From positions 459,200 to 523,199 of the forward strand of contig JAHDYR010000005.1 in NCBI GenBank assembly GCA_019828565.1: a stretch of DNA of 64,000 bases, given 5' to 3'. The notes under the pieces are model-generated. The model saw nothing but the letters and a program-made list of their open reading frames with translations. It did no database searches and was not told the DNA's origin. Shown here piece after piece: positions 8,131 to 18,913 of the stretch; position 1 is the first letter of the stretch, and every line of letters starts with the position of its first letter. This DNA is from Carpediemonas membranifera BICM. Taxonomy: Eukaryota; Protista; Fornicata. A program made the translations under genes and the position numbers.

Positions 8131-8540
8131 TAGACTACCATCAAGATCATCATCATCATTTAGCCCCTCTTCCTCCTCAAACCTCATCTCCTCCTCCCCT
8201 CACATCTTCATCCCCTCCTCAACCCCCATCTCCTCCGCCACGCCCGCCGTCGTCGCCGCCACCCCGGACCGCGGCTGTCAGTCCTCCTCCACCACCTCCC
8301 CCAGCTCCACGCACGCCTCACCAGTTTCCGAGTCTCAACGCAAAGTGGAGGCTCTGGGAGTCCTTGGGCGCGCCCTCCGAGGTGGTTGGGTGGCTGAGGG
8401 ACGGGGTGCCAATCGAGATCCGCGCCGCCCCCCGGCACCCTGCGCTCCCGCCGGTCCGGCAGCGCGACAGACGAGCGTTCCGCGAGCATCTCACGACGCT
8501 CCTCGCTCTGGGCGCGGTCAGCCCGTTCCGATCTCCCCCT

Positions 8541-8938
8541 ATTGTTCGCCAGGAAGATGTTGAGAGCTGTGCAGTCATTAACGTTCTTATATGGTTACCA
8601 CGTGGCTTCTTCGTCCTCAAACCCGGACCAGTGCACGAGGTACTTCTTCTGCGACATGGTACCTGACCCGCGTGCTGCTGAAATGCGGTCGACCAACCAC
8701 TCGTCCCTGCTAGTTGCAGCGAGTTGCTGGATCTGGTCGTCAGTGTTAGTGTACCGGGGTTGAACCTTCGCACTCGTGCGGCATCGACCTTGATGGTCTT
8801 ACCATTCGTGGGTGACTCTGCCATGTCTTGGACTTCATATGCCACGGTGACGCCTGATTGCTTGATGCTCTTAACGCGCCTCATCGGGCCTCTCCACCCT
8901 GGTGATAGTTTGTCAGGTGGGCGAGAGGGGTACTTGAC
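8541..8938 (-). pseudogene. Retroviral-type integrase C-terminus (GPY/F) plus chromodomain fragment
   Basis: Minus-strand KLSPGWRGP...KVDAARVRRF, then a frameshift, then DEWLVDRI...KKYLVHWSGFEDEEATW*P. Confidence 0.8.
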
Positions 8939-8940
8939 CG

Positions 8941-9201
8941 CACGGCCTCAGAAGGGGCAGCGCAGCCGACATGGTGCTGGCTGGCATCCCGGCAGAGGTA
9001 GTCGCGGCAAAGGGGACATGGGCGAACACTTCCTCAATGATCCGCTACATTGAGGATGCCCTCCGGCTAGACTACGAGACGTCGGCGAGGCCGATAAAGG
9101 TGGCAGCGAGCAGCCACCTTGGGGGTTGGCACCCCGGGCCCACAGCTGTTGAGGAGCAACTGGCTGGGTCCCGCCGACCTCCTATCACTGAGGACCCTTG
9201 A
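8941..9201 (+). pseudogene. Tyrosine recombinase C-terminal fragment, F5
   Basis: HGLRRGSAADMVLAG...KGTWANTSSMIRYI. Confidence 0.85.
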
Positions 9202-9327
9202 GGGGTTAGTGATAAACGGATGATGATGCTAGAGTTGCTGTGGGTCTTTGGGGGACTGGCATATTCATTGGCGACTGGTGCCCTATGGGATATAGACGTA
9301 GTCTACCGGACCGTCTGCCCAGTCAGA

Positions 9328-9625
9328 CGTACCGTAGTCGTAGACGTAGACACAGTGCGCCTTGGGGCGCGGTCCACAAGGGTCCGAGTGGGGTGCCGAT
9401 CACCCGGACCCAAACCCAAAAGATTCGGGAGAATCTTCTAGATTCGGGGAAAATATTCGGCTGGTGACCTGGGACGTTTAAGCCAATTTAACCAAGGGGG
9501 AAAAACCTCCCCTGTTCGGCACATCCCTGGAAATGGCTGACGACGAGCAAGACGCTCAGCCTGATCCAGGAGTATAAATTTGATTAGATCAATTGGAGAC
9601 TTCGACTGTAGTCGACTAACAGTCG
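9328..9625 (+). repeat. Solo A2-spacer-B2 of F2
   Basis: Near-identical to 7116-7410 with a few substitutions and indels. Confidence 0.93.
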
Positions 9626-10138
9626 TGTGTTCAGGCCCAAGGGAGCCAACGTCAACTCGGCTATCGTGGCCGACGGTATTTAGATTCGATTTCGATTTGC
9701 CGGAGAGTGCAGGATCGACATCATCCACTGAATGATGACCAGAAGGGCCCTAGAGCCCATTAGACCTCCAACTTGCATTCAACGCACTTCCTATCACACT
9801 ACTCAACATGGTACGCGACCTGGGCAAGCCAGCCGTGGGGGGCGGGGAGGGAGTGAACGAAGCCATCCGGTCGCCAGACCATAGGAACGGCTCGGACACT
9901 CCAGGCGGAGTAATGGCCCTGTTTCACGAAGAAGCGTTCGGAGCTCCATGGCGTCGAGGGTGATCTCAATCAAAGCGTGGGCGACAACTCTCCCGATCGT
10001 AGTCAAAGACAGGTAAACCAGCCCGGACCGAGCATCCCCCCTGGGCGCGATTCGCCAGAGACGCAAGATAACATACCTTCCTCATTACCATAAGCTAAAC
10101 CTTTTATACACAGTGAGATTGTTGGGACATATTCTCCG

Positions 10139-13100
10139 CTATTTCTTCAGCTTGATGCTCCACTCGACAACCTTCCCCTTCGTGTCGCCCGAAAAAAGGC
10201 GCGAACCAGTCGTAGTTGCCCGTAGCGCCGTCACTGGCGCGCAGTGCTCGTGGTATTTGGCCAGCGGGGCAAGATTGTCCCCGTCCAGAAGCATGACCTG
10301 ACCATTGTTCAGGCCGAGCACGAGAACCCGAGGCTCGCGACCAACGTGACCCTCGACGAACAGCATCGACCGGACGGCGTGCTTCACGGGGACGGATCTC
10401 ACAAACATCCCGTTGATCGTCCACAGACAGACCGCGTGGGTGTCGACGATGATGCGGTGCCTCGAGGCCACCGCGATATCGCCCGTGCCAGCACTGATCG
10501 CGGTTGCAGTGACCTCGCCGCCGTCCGCCGTGTGCGGCGTCCGTCTGAGTCTGGGTGTCCGGGTTGACAGCCGCCACACGACGCACAGGCCGGACGTGTC
10601 GCCCGTGACGGCCATGTCCCACTCCTCGTCGATCGAGGCGGCTGTGACAGCGCCCTTGTGGACTGTGCTGGTGGTGTCGATGACGAGGTCGACGGGAACG
10701 GGGCCCTTCGTGTCTATCGTGCAGGTCCCGATGAAGATAAGGCCCGACGCCGTTCCACAGACGATGGAATCGCCGGTCAGGGACGCCTGGCACGCTGACA
10801 CGTTGGTTACAGGCGCCCCGAACGCCCATACAGAGTGGTCCTTGCCGCCGACAAGCACCATGAGCCGCCCATCACTCCTGTTTGTTATGAGGACGCTGTT
10901 GTGGGGCAGGGCGCAGCGGTGGGGCCCGAGACGCTCGATGTCCTTGCTGACGTCGGGCGGGGCAAAGGACTCGACCGGCTCGCCGCACTCCTCCCTGACC
11001 CTGGAGACGAGGCAATCGGGGTGGGACTGGACTGTCGCTGGGGTCATCGGCGTCACGCGGCACGGCGGGTGGCGGGCCTTGAAGACGCGGTTGGGGCATT
11101 GTCCGAAGTGCAGCACCGAGACCATCTTGGCCGCCCGTTCGGTGGGGTCCTCGATGGAGGCGATGTCGTTGTTCCGAGGGTATGTGTTAGGATGGAAGAC
11201 GTTGCATGCGGCCACGGCGGCCTTCCCGGTCTGCTTAAACCCGAAGATGAGGTCGATCCACTGGTGCAGGTGCTTCGTGACATAGGGCGACTCCAGCGCC
11301 TGCCGGTGGATTTTGACGAATTCAACGGGCGTGCTTGCCCAAGGAGGCAGCTCGACGTCGTTGACGGTAGCCCCGTCCTCCCGGACACCGAAGTCGAGCC
11401 CGCTGAGGTTCTCCAGGAAGTCGGGCAGGTAAAAGAACTCCGGGATCAGCTCCCTCACCTCGTTCCGGCTAAGGCGTGCGGACCCATCCCACAGCCGCGG
11501 AATCGAGTGGAACAGCCGGTCCGGATCGTCCCAATTGCCAGACTGCAGGGCCCGGTGACGCGTCGCGTACGGCTCCAGCCGGACCAGGTAGTGCAGCGCC
11601 GTGCTGGCGTTGGAGTAGTGCGTGCCGTAGTGGTACGGCGCAGTCCCGCTGCCCTCCTGCTGCATGGTCTTGGTCTGTCCGTACCGGTCCACGAAGAACT
11701 GCAATCGACACTCGTCCTGTGCACCCATGGGCTTTGACAAATCCCTATACACGCCCGGGTCGCTGAGGTCGATGGTCTCGGCGGTGTAGTCCTTGAGCAC
11801 GAACGGGAACACGGGATACTGCGAGAGGTCATTGAAGGTCCGCCCGGCCATCGTGTTCACGGCCATGAGGTACCGGAAGTTAGACACTCCGCCCTCGGCC
11901 CACCGTTGCGTCATTTCCTTGAGGAATGTGTCCAGCCTGCTCGGTTCAAACGAGAGGTTTGGTGCGGCGCTGACGAGCCGCTGGACGGTCGCGTCTCGCG
12001 TCTTGGGGGTGTCGAACACCAGCAGCAGCGTGTGAGAGCCTTTTGACCCGCCGTGGAAGATTTCGACGGCGCTGTCACTCTGCAGGAAGCAGCGGTTGTG
12101 GATGGCGCGGATGTCCTTCAGGGGCACTGTCTTCGTCTTCGTCTCGAGCGCGGTCCCCAGCACGGGGGCGTCTGCATCGCCGTTCATCTTGAACCACTCG
12201 TACTGGTGCCGCAGGACGTCCTGGAGAAGTGGAGGGAGGCGCGACACCTTCTCGTCGGCGTCGTTGGCTGCTATGACCACATCCAGAGTCGACGAGCCCT
12301 TGAGCACGAGCACGGCGGCCTTGATGGCCAGCGGTGACACGACGAGGCAAGCGTTCTCATCGACGACGGCCTCCATAGGCGCCTTGGTCGTGGGCGTGGC
12401 GAGCACGCGCTGGACGTCCGTCAGCCCGCCGCGTACAGCAGGCCCCGACTCCTGCTGTGAGGGGCCGTCGTGGAGCTTGAGCGTCATCCGCTGCCTGTGG
12501 TGGCCTTCCCGCTGACTCAGGCCCCACCGGGCGGCCACACACGGGGCGTCGTCGTCGCTGTCACTGTCGAGGTCGTCCCAGCGCAGACCCGGTCTGAGCG
12601 GGTCGACCGAGATCTTCCCCGCATCGGCTCTGGTCCCGACCTTCATGCCCAGGGTCGGCGAGCAGATCTGGTTCGGGCGGGACAGCAGACGCTTGACGCG
12701 GTACATCTGCTCCCTGAGGGCCCGTGTGATGTCGCCGCAGTGCTCCCGGTTAATGTCTGCCAGCGGCCGGCCCAGGAGCTCGATGATGTCCTTAACCTGC
12801 TCGCGGCACATGTCACACTGGGAGGTCACGACGGCCGCCAGTCGGGCCTTCTGGTCAGACCACTCCTGGAAGATGAGGCTCTGCCGGGAGTCCTCGGCCG
12901 CCGTCTCGGCCGCCCAGCGCTCAATGGAAGAGTCGCTGCTGGCCGCAACAAGGGCCCTGAAGGTCCGCATCTCCGTGATGATGTCGGCCGTGGCGTCCGG
13001 AAGTATGCAGGTGGCGGGCACTATCCTGCGCAGGATCTGATTGAGATAATCGCCGTTCACGACCCTGCCGAGGGCTGCTGCGAGCTCGGGAGTGATCTCA

Positions 13101-16100
13101 GCCCGCTCCTGCTCGGTGAGATCGTACACGGCGTCGAGCACGGCGCACACCTCCTCGGGCCCGGCGTGGACGGTGGGGGTCGACCCGCAATGTACCAGAC
13201 AAGTCATGACCTCCTGTATCTGGGCGGGGGCGAACCTCACGACGAGTGTGAGCAGTCTGAGGGCGACCATGTGGACAGGGGTGAGCGTCTTGGTGTCCCC
13301 GCCCGACATGGCCGCGAACATGGCCACGAACAGGCGGACAAATGCCTTCATGTCAGATGAGGCCAGCGTGTCCATGATCGTGACCCGGCCTGTGCCGAGG
13401 AAGGGTCCGTCAAGGGCCCGCTGGTTGCCCCACAGCGCCAACTGGCTGACACCCGTCTGCATGAGACGGCGGACGCGGCTTGAAAGATGGCTGTCCGCAG
13501 CGGCGCGGTGGTCGGCTGGGGCGAGCAGGCTGTGGTAAAAGGTGAGGCAGGACTGGAGAAGTTTGAGCTGCAGCGCGCTCTGCATGGCCGCCTGAGTCGC
13601 GCTGTCCGTAGCGGCGCAGCATCGGGACAGGTGCGCGAGGATGTGGGACACCGTGGCGTGGTCCCCGTGCAGCACAAACTGCGTCAGCACGTCAAGGACC
13701 GCTGAGACCGCGGCGCCGTGACGATCGGGCGGGCCGGACTGGAAGAAGTCGACCGAGGCCTCCTTCGCGATGGCCGCCACGAGGGAGCAGAGCAGGTCGA
13801 TGGAGTCCTCCCCGTTCAGGTCCCGTGCGAGTCTTGAATTGTGTATGAGGCCGTGGAGCGAGCGGATGGTGATGTCGACGAGGTCGACGGACTCAGGGTC
13901 GGCCATGTCAAGGGAGAGGAGCAGCCGCAGCGTCGTCACAAAGGCCTCAGGATGCCGCGTGTCGTGCTCGAACGAGCTGAGCTGCAGGCTGATCCCGTTC
14001 CCTGCGAGCTGGACTCTTCCCGACCTGTCGAGGAGGAGCTGGACGACGTGGGCGATGTCCGAGGGCGCGACATCGATGTCGAGGGAGCCCATTATCCAAT
14101 GGCCGCCGATATCAGTGAAGACCTTCGTGCACCGCTCAGACCTGTCGAGAATGAGCGTCAGCACCTTGAGAAGCCCAGCCCGGTTGCTCCGGTCGTGGAC
14201 AGAGAGGGCGCCGAGCAGCACGGGGATCGTGAACACGTTGGACTGACCGTCAGCGACCAGGGCGTCGATCTGGTCGACCGAGCACCGCTGCAGGTAGCGG
14301 AAGATGGTCTCGAGCAGGGCCAGACGATGGGAGCTGCCGAACGACGCCAGCAGGGCTGTGAGGAGCAGGTCGGTGTCCCCGACGTGGAGGGGTTGATCCA
14401 TGAGCAGGTCCAGGATGTCCGCGATGAGGTGGGTCACGGTGAAGTCGTTCTCGGTCAGGATGTCAGTCAGGAGCCGCATCGAGTGCATCAGGTCGAACAT
14501 CACCACGCTCTCCACGCTGCAGCCCTCAGCGACGAGTCCCGAGACCTTGGGAGTGCCGTATGCGACATCACTGAACCGCGGGATCTTCGAGAAGGAGTCC
14601 CGCAGGCCCAGTGTGTCGGCCTCCCGGTCGCCTTGCCCGATCCCGTTCAGCCGGAGGACCCGGGACCGGTAAATGGGGGCGTGGTGGTGCGGGACGGGCA
14701 CCCCGGTCGGACCCGAGGGCGGTGAGGGCTTCGGTCTCGGCTTCCTCTTCGGGTTGGTCGTCGCGGTGCTGATGACGGCGGTGGGCGAGACGATGCGGGT
14801 GTGGGGGCGGGACTGGAAGAGGTTGAACGTCGACCGGTGGATCGCGTCGAACACAATGGCGAGGGCCACGCGCTGCACGGCGACGTCCGCTATCTTGAAC
14901 AGCCGGGGGTCGACGAGAAGGCCGAGTGCGTCGGGGTATACGATGCTGCCGCTCACTGCCACGCCAAACCGGGCGGTCTTGCAGTTGCCGTGGGGATGGG
15001 AGGTGAGGGGCGCCGACCGCGTCGTCTTGGGCCCGGCCTGCTTCTCCAGGGGTAGGGAGATGTGGACAGCGGCGTCAGACGGCAGCGGGGAGACGACCGC
15101 GGTGAGGCCCGCGAGCTTGGCGAGAGTGGGGATGAGGTCGAGGGTGTACAGGAAGGGGTGGGTCGAGAGGCAGTCGAGCAGCACCGCCACGCCGCAGTAC
15201 CGGTTGAACTGGTCGAAGCACGCAGTGTTGTTGACACATGCCTCGACGAGGAGGGTGATGACGGCCTTTGCGTGCCGCTCGGGCTCCTGGGGGAAGCGGA
15301 ACTCCGCCAACTGGACCAGCATCGCGGGGATGGCGTCGCTCAGGGCCAGTGCGGTGGAGACGTCGATCGTGGTGCACACCGTCGCCGTCACAGAGTCGGC
15401 CAGGCCCTTGTTCCGGGCTAATCTTTTGATTAGTGCCCCAGGCTTGAGCTGCTTTCCCTTAGCGAACGACACATCGACGACGGAGTAGTCTGCTGGGAGG
15501 AGATGGCACTTCCTCCTCGGGAATGGGTGGGGGAACTGCCGCTCGGGCAGGTCAACGACCTCGTAACCGATGATGGCTGCCGAGGACGCGCCCTCCGTGG
15601 ACGTAGGCGAGAAGGAGCATGCCACCCGCCTCGACAGCACCGCCAGGGTGGCCCTGCAAGAGACCATGTGGTGGGCGATGCTCCTCTCCTTGCCCACGCC
15701 GGCCAGGACGGACTGGGCGTGGGTCAGCAGCAGGTTCGTCGCACTCGTACCCGCCGTGGCCAACAGCATCGGGGGAATAAGGTCGCCGCCCCCGACACAG
15801 AACAGCTCCCCCTGAATCCTGTCAGGGGGCGGGGTGACCGTAGTCAGCTGGGAGCAGCCCTCGACCCGGGCGATGTCCCGCAGCTGCCCGTCGATGTCCC
15901 TGGCGACGCCGGGCTGGCTGATGACCTCGCCGCAGACTACGGGCGGGAGGGGCAGCGGCACGCCGGACCATGCCGCGTCGTGGACGTAGAGGGCGAAGAC
16001 GTCGGCCGGGGTCAGGGCGCAGTCGAACGCGACGACCGGGCCGACGAGGAGCTCGGCATGGGAGTTTGGGGCGGTCGACCCGCCGATTGCCAGCACCGGG

Positions 16101-18628
16101 AAGTCGGCCGTGGAGGGGTAGGGCATGTACACGGACTGCAGGCGGATTCCGTTGACGTAGAACACAGTCCGGGCCCGCTCCTTGCCGTCGCCGGGGATAT
16201 GAGTGACCGCGACATGCCACCAGGCGCGCTTGGCGACGGCGTGTGTTGACACGGTGACGGTCTGGTTCTTAGAGACGAACTCGAGTCCGTCGGGCAGGCA
16301 GGTTAGTTTGATGAGGGGGGCGTGCCCCACAGACACCATCCTGACGGGCGTGGACGTCTGGGGTACCCTCATCCACATGACAAGGGCGTAACCGTCCGAC
16401 CCGGGGAACGTCTCGCGGACAGTGATCTTGCCCACCGTCAGCGGCCGTTTGAGGACGATCGACGCGGTCACACTGAGCCTGATCCAGGTCGTGGGCCGCC
16501 GGGGGACGTGACACACATCCGCCAGCCTACGGGCAAGCACGTCTGACGTCGAGATGCTTCCCCACAGCGCCCTGATGTGCCGGGGGAGTGTGTGGTGCCG
16601 TAGGATGGGCGTCAGGGCGGCCCAGCTCTCGTGGTACAGCGGGTTGGTCGGGTCCATGAGGGCGCTGGTCGTCAGCAGCCGCACGGGCACGTCCGCGTCG
16701 GCCAGGACGACGTTGGAGTTCCTCGGGTCGGGGGAGAACGCCGCGTCGTCCGTGCACTGGGCGATGAAGGTCATCAGCTTCCTGAAGGCCGCGCGGTACT
16801 TCGGCTGGTCTCCGCTGCTGACGACGAGGTTGGTAGCCACCTCGACCGCGGCGACCGTGCCGATCACCACGTACTGCTGGCCTGTAGCAGCGTCCCTGCG
16901 CCTCTGGAGGGCAAGTCTGAATATCCTGGCGACGAGGGGCTCGAGCAGGGCGGGGTCGGCGGTCACCTGCCGGGCTAGGTCCGGCTCCATGTGCCGAATG
17001 AGCTGACCGACGTCGGACTCGTGCTCCGGGTCGAACGGACGGTCGTCGGCGCCGTTGGTGTGGGCAACGGCGGCGATGAACTCGATAAGCTCGACAACGA
17101 ACTCTCTGCTGACGACCTCGCTCCGGTCGGGGGCCAGGACGACGCGGTGCAGGAACGACCCCGCCCACGAGCTCATGACGAAGCGGTGGCGGGGCGACCA
17201 GACGACGGACCCGAGCATAGGTTCCGCGGTCAGCAGCTGGACGACGGCCGTGAGCAGCTCGGTTCTAGAGGTGAGGGGGCCGACGACGTCGGTGGGTATG
17301 TCGGGCAGCGGGTCGGCGACGAGTAGCTCGAGCAGGCTGCTGAGCATGGCCTTGGCTCTCCTGTGGGCGGTGTCCTCCTGGCCTGGGGTGTACTCGACGC
17401 TGATCGTCTGGGACGTCGCCCGCAGCACTGAGCGGCGGAAGGGGGCGTGGGCCTCGAACGTGTGGCGCAGCTTGGTGTGCAGGCAGTGCTCCAGGTACTC
17501 TGTTGCGAGCACCGGCTTCACTGCGAGCACTGCGTCGATGAGCATCGGGTATGTCGTGTAGTGCACCTCCCCCACGGATCCCTCGGCCAGCAGAGTCCAG
17601 CAGCGGGCTGCCAGCGTGGTGAACGCCCCTAGCACGCCCTTCAGCAGGGAGTCTGTGAGCTGCGAGACGAACTCCACGAGCATGACGGTGCAGCTTATGT
17701 CGTCAAGGAACACAATGACGTCGTCGTCACCTATACGGGACCAGAGCATGGGCACGAGCTCAGGTGCCTTGATGTGCCGCAGCCCCGAGGCCAGCAGGCC
17801 GTGAATCCACCTCCGGTCGGGCAGGATCAGTGCCGGTCCCCACGAGGCCTTCTCGCCCTCTTGCAGCCCCTCAATCGAGGACAGCAGCACCTCAAAGCCC
17901 TGGTGTCGCCAGTCAACGTCGTCTGTGGCCGGCAGCATGGCGCAGCACCGGATGACAGTCGCGATGACCCTGCTGAACTCGGTGCGGGCCAGGCCCTGGA
18001 CCGTGCGGCGGTTTGCCTCAGTAGTGAGCTGGGCGATGACTCCGTCGCCGTCTACAGGCCCGAGAACGGTCCGTGCGGCCTCGTGGGCCTCGGTCATGTT
18101 GCATGGGAATGAGTGGACCAGCCGACGGTCCTCATGGCGCTCAGCCGACGGGGGCAGGCCGCACAGCACGAGCAGGGTGTCGCACACGAAGTCAATCTGT
18201 CTGCGCCCCGTGAGGGCCAGGACGTCGGCGAGCATGGCGCGGTATATTGAGAGGATGAGGCCGTTCAGCTGCTGCCGGATGATGTCGTTCCTCGTGTTGG
18301 TGGCGCAGGGGATGAGCTCGAGCACTGTCTGCACGACGTGCGAGGCGAGTGGGTGCGAGAGGAGGGGCGCCGTGGGGTGGTGGGAAACGTAGTCGTACAG
18401 TGTTACAATGAACTCCGTCGCAATGCCAGGTTCGTCACACAGGCACAAGGAGCGTTCAATGATACTTGCATGCTCTGCATTGGTCATGGATTGTGTGATA
18501 TAGTCTTGTCGGACCCGTTTCAGCAACTTGATCACAAGTGCGCTCTTCTGGTCGCTATTAGGGCCTTCTAGATACTTTCCTACATCAATAAACAGACTTG
18601 CTAGCGAGCTAGCTTCATCTGTAGTCAT
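10139..18628 (-). CDS. BEACH-domain protein (ConA-like, PH, BEACH, WD40), LYST/neurobeachin family
   Basis: 2829 aa. SNFRYLM..NTMAGRTFNDLSQYPVFP, HYGTHYS, ELIPEFFY, LHQWIDLIFG, C-terminal WD40 repeats. Confidence 0.95.
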   Translation of the reverse strand: MTTDEASSLASLFIDVGKYLEGPNSDQKSALVIKLLKRVRQDYITQSMTNAEHASIIERSLCLCDEPGIATEFIVTLYDYVSHHPTAPLLSHPLASHVVQTVLELIPCATNTRNDIIRQQLNGLILSIYRAMLADVLALTGRRQIDFVCDTLLVLCGLPPSAERHEDRRLVHSFPCNMTEAHEAARTVLGPVDGDGVIAQLTTEANRRTVQGLARTEFSRVIATVIRCCAMLPATDDVDWRHQGFEVLLSSIEGLQEGEKASWGPALILPDRRWIHGLLASGLRHIKAPELVPMLWSRIGDDDVIVFLDDISCTVMLVEFVSQLTDSLLKGVLGAFTTLAARCWTLLAEGSVGEVHYTTYPMLIDAVLAVKPVLATEYLEHCLHTKLRHTFEAHAPFRRSVLRATSQTISVEYTPGQEDTAHRRAKAMLSSLLELLVADPLPDIPTDVVGPLTSRTELLTAVVQLLTAEPMLGSVVWSPRHRFVMSSWAGSFLHRVVLAPDRSEVVSREFVVELIEFIAAVAHTNGADDRPFDPEHESDVGQLIRHMEPDLARQVTADPALLEPLVARIFRLALQRRRDAATGQQYVVIGTVAAVEVATNLVVSSGDQPKYRAAFRKLMTFIAQCTDDAAFSPDPRNSNVVLADADVPVRLLTTSALMDPTNPLYHESWAALTPILRHHTLPRHIRALWGSISTSDVLARRLADVCHVPRRPTTWIRLSVTASIVLKRPLTVGKITVRETFPGSDGYALVMWMRVPQTSTPVRMVSVGHAPLIKLTCLPDGLEFVSKNQTVTVSTHAVAKRAWWHVAVTHIPGDGKERARTVFYVNGIRLQSVYMPYPSTADFPVLAIGGSTAPNSHAELLVGPVVAFDCALTPADVFALYVHDAAWSGVPLPLPPVVCGEVISQPGVARDIDGQLRDIARVEGCSQLTTVTPPPDRIQGELFCVGGGDLIPPMLLATAGTSATNLLLTHAQSVLAGVGKERSIAHHMVSCRATLAVLSRRVACSFSPTSTEGASSAAIIGYEVVDLPERQFPHPFPRRKCHLLPADYSVVDVSFAKGKQLKPGALIKRLARNKGLADSVTATVCTTIDVSTALALSDAIPAMLVQLAEFRFPQEPERHAKAVITLLVEACVNNTACFDQFNRYCGVAVLLDCLSTHPFLYTLDLIPTLAKLAGLTAVVSPLPSDAAVHISLPLEKQAGPKTTRSAPLTSHPHGNCKTARFGVAVSGSIVYPDALGLLVDPRLFKIADVAVQRVALAIVFDAIHRSTFNLFQSRPHTRIVSPTAVISTATTNPKRKPRPKPSPPSGPTGVPVPHHHAPIYRSRVLRLNGIGQGDREADTLGLRDSFSKIPRFSDVAYGTPKVSGLVAEGCSVESVVMFDLMHSMRLLTDILTENDFTVTHLIADILDLLMDQPLHVGDTDLLLTALLASFGSSHRLALLETIFRYLQRCSVDQIDALVADGQSNVFTIPVLLGALSVHDRSNRAGLLKVLTLILDRSERCTKVFTDIGGHWIMGSLDIDVAPSDIAHVVQLLLDRSGRVQLAGNGISLQLSSFEHDTRHPEAFVTTLRLLLSLDMADPESVDLVDITIRSLHGLIHNSRLARDLNGEDSIDLLCSLVAAIAKEASVDFFQSGPPDRHGAAVSAVLDVLTQFVLHGDHATVSHILAHLSRCCAATDSATQAAMQSALQLKLLQSCLTFYHSLLAPADHRAAADSHLSSRVRRLMQTGVSQLALWGNQRALDGPFLGTGRVTIMDTLASSDMKAFVRLFVAMFAAMSGGDTKTLTPVHMVALRLLTLVVRFAPAQIQEVMTCLVHCGSTPTVHAGPEEVCAVLDAVYDLTEQERAEITPELAAALGRVVNGDYLNQILRRIVPATCILPDATADIITEMRTFRALVAASSDSSIERWAAETAAEDSRQSLIFQEWSDQKARLAAVVTSQCDMCREQVKDIIELLGRPLADINREHCGDITRALREQMYRVKRLLSRPNQICSPTLGMKVGTRADAGKISVDPLRPGLRWDDLDSDSDDDAPCVAARWGLSQREGHHRQRMTLKLHDGPSQQESGPAVRGGLTDVQRVLATPTTKAPMEAVVDENACLVVSPLAIKAAVLVLKGSSTLDVVIAANDADEKVSRLPPLLQDVLRHQYEWFKMNGDADAPVLGTALETKTKTVPLKDIRAIHNRCFLQSDSAVEIFHGGSKGSHTLLLVFDTPKTRDATVQRLVSAAPNLSFEPSRLDTFLKEMTQRWAEGGVSNFRYLMAVNTMAGRTFNDLSQYPVFPFVLKDYTAETIDLSDPGVYRDLSKPMGAQDECRLQFFVDRYGQTKTMQQEGSGTAPYHYGTHYSNASTALHYLVRLEPYATRHRALQSGNWDDPDRLFHSIPRLWDGSARLSRNEVRELIPEFFYLPDFLENLSGLDFGVREDGATVNDVELPPWASTPVEFVKIHRQALESPYVTKHLHQWIDLIFGFKQTGKAAVAACNVFHPNTYPRNNDIASIEDPTERAAKMVSVLHFGQCPNRVFKARHPPCRVTPMTPATVQSHPDCLVSRVREECGEPVESFAPPDVSKDIERLGPHRCALPHNSVLITNRSDGRLMVLVGGKDHSVWAFGAPVTNVSACQASLTGDSIVCGTASGLIFIGTCTIDTKGPVPVDLVIDTTSTVHKGAVTAASIDEEWDMAVTGDTSGLCVVWRLSTRTPRLRRTPHTADGGEVTATAISAGTGDIAVASRHRIIVDTHAVCLWTINGMFVRSVPVKHAVRSMLFVEGHVGREPRVLVLGLNNGQVMLLDGDNLAPLAKYHEHCAPVTALRATTTGSRLFSGDTKGKVVEWSIKLKK

Positions 18629-18913
18629 CCCGGGTCGTAGCTTGGCCGATGAGCGAAGCTTCGATGTTTGGCTTGCGCAGGATAAGGAAAGACCGAGACT
18701 AGGCCCCGCCGGGCTCAGCTATGGAGGTGCAATCATAGTAGAGTGACCGAACGGTTCAACTACTTCTATTCCAGCGTGACCTGACGAACAATGGCCGGCG
18801 AGCTGACTGGGCCTGGGCCGGCGAAGATAGAGTCGTGCCCTGGCGTTGTCTTGTCATGACAGTTGCTACTGAGTGTCGGTTTAGTTAGCCTGCTCGAGCA
18901 ACCAATCACGATA

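Larger units (their letters stand above)
7486..9327 (+). mobile_element. Internally deleted, chimeric YR retrotransposon F5
   Basis: Gag (similar to F1b gag), RT N-terminus (WRLWESLGAPSEVVGWLRDGVP), a foreign antisense fragment, then the YR C-terminus (HGLRRG..GTW..MIRY). Ends approximate. Confidence 0.8.

Noticed and set aside
9626-10100. Possible tRNA or ncRNA after the left array
   Set aside because: No cloverleaf, Pol III boxes or in-window repeat that I could support.
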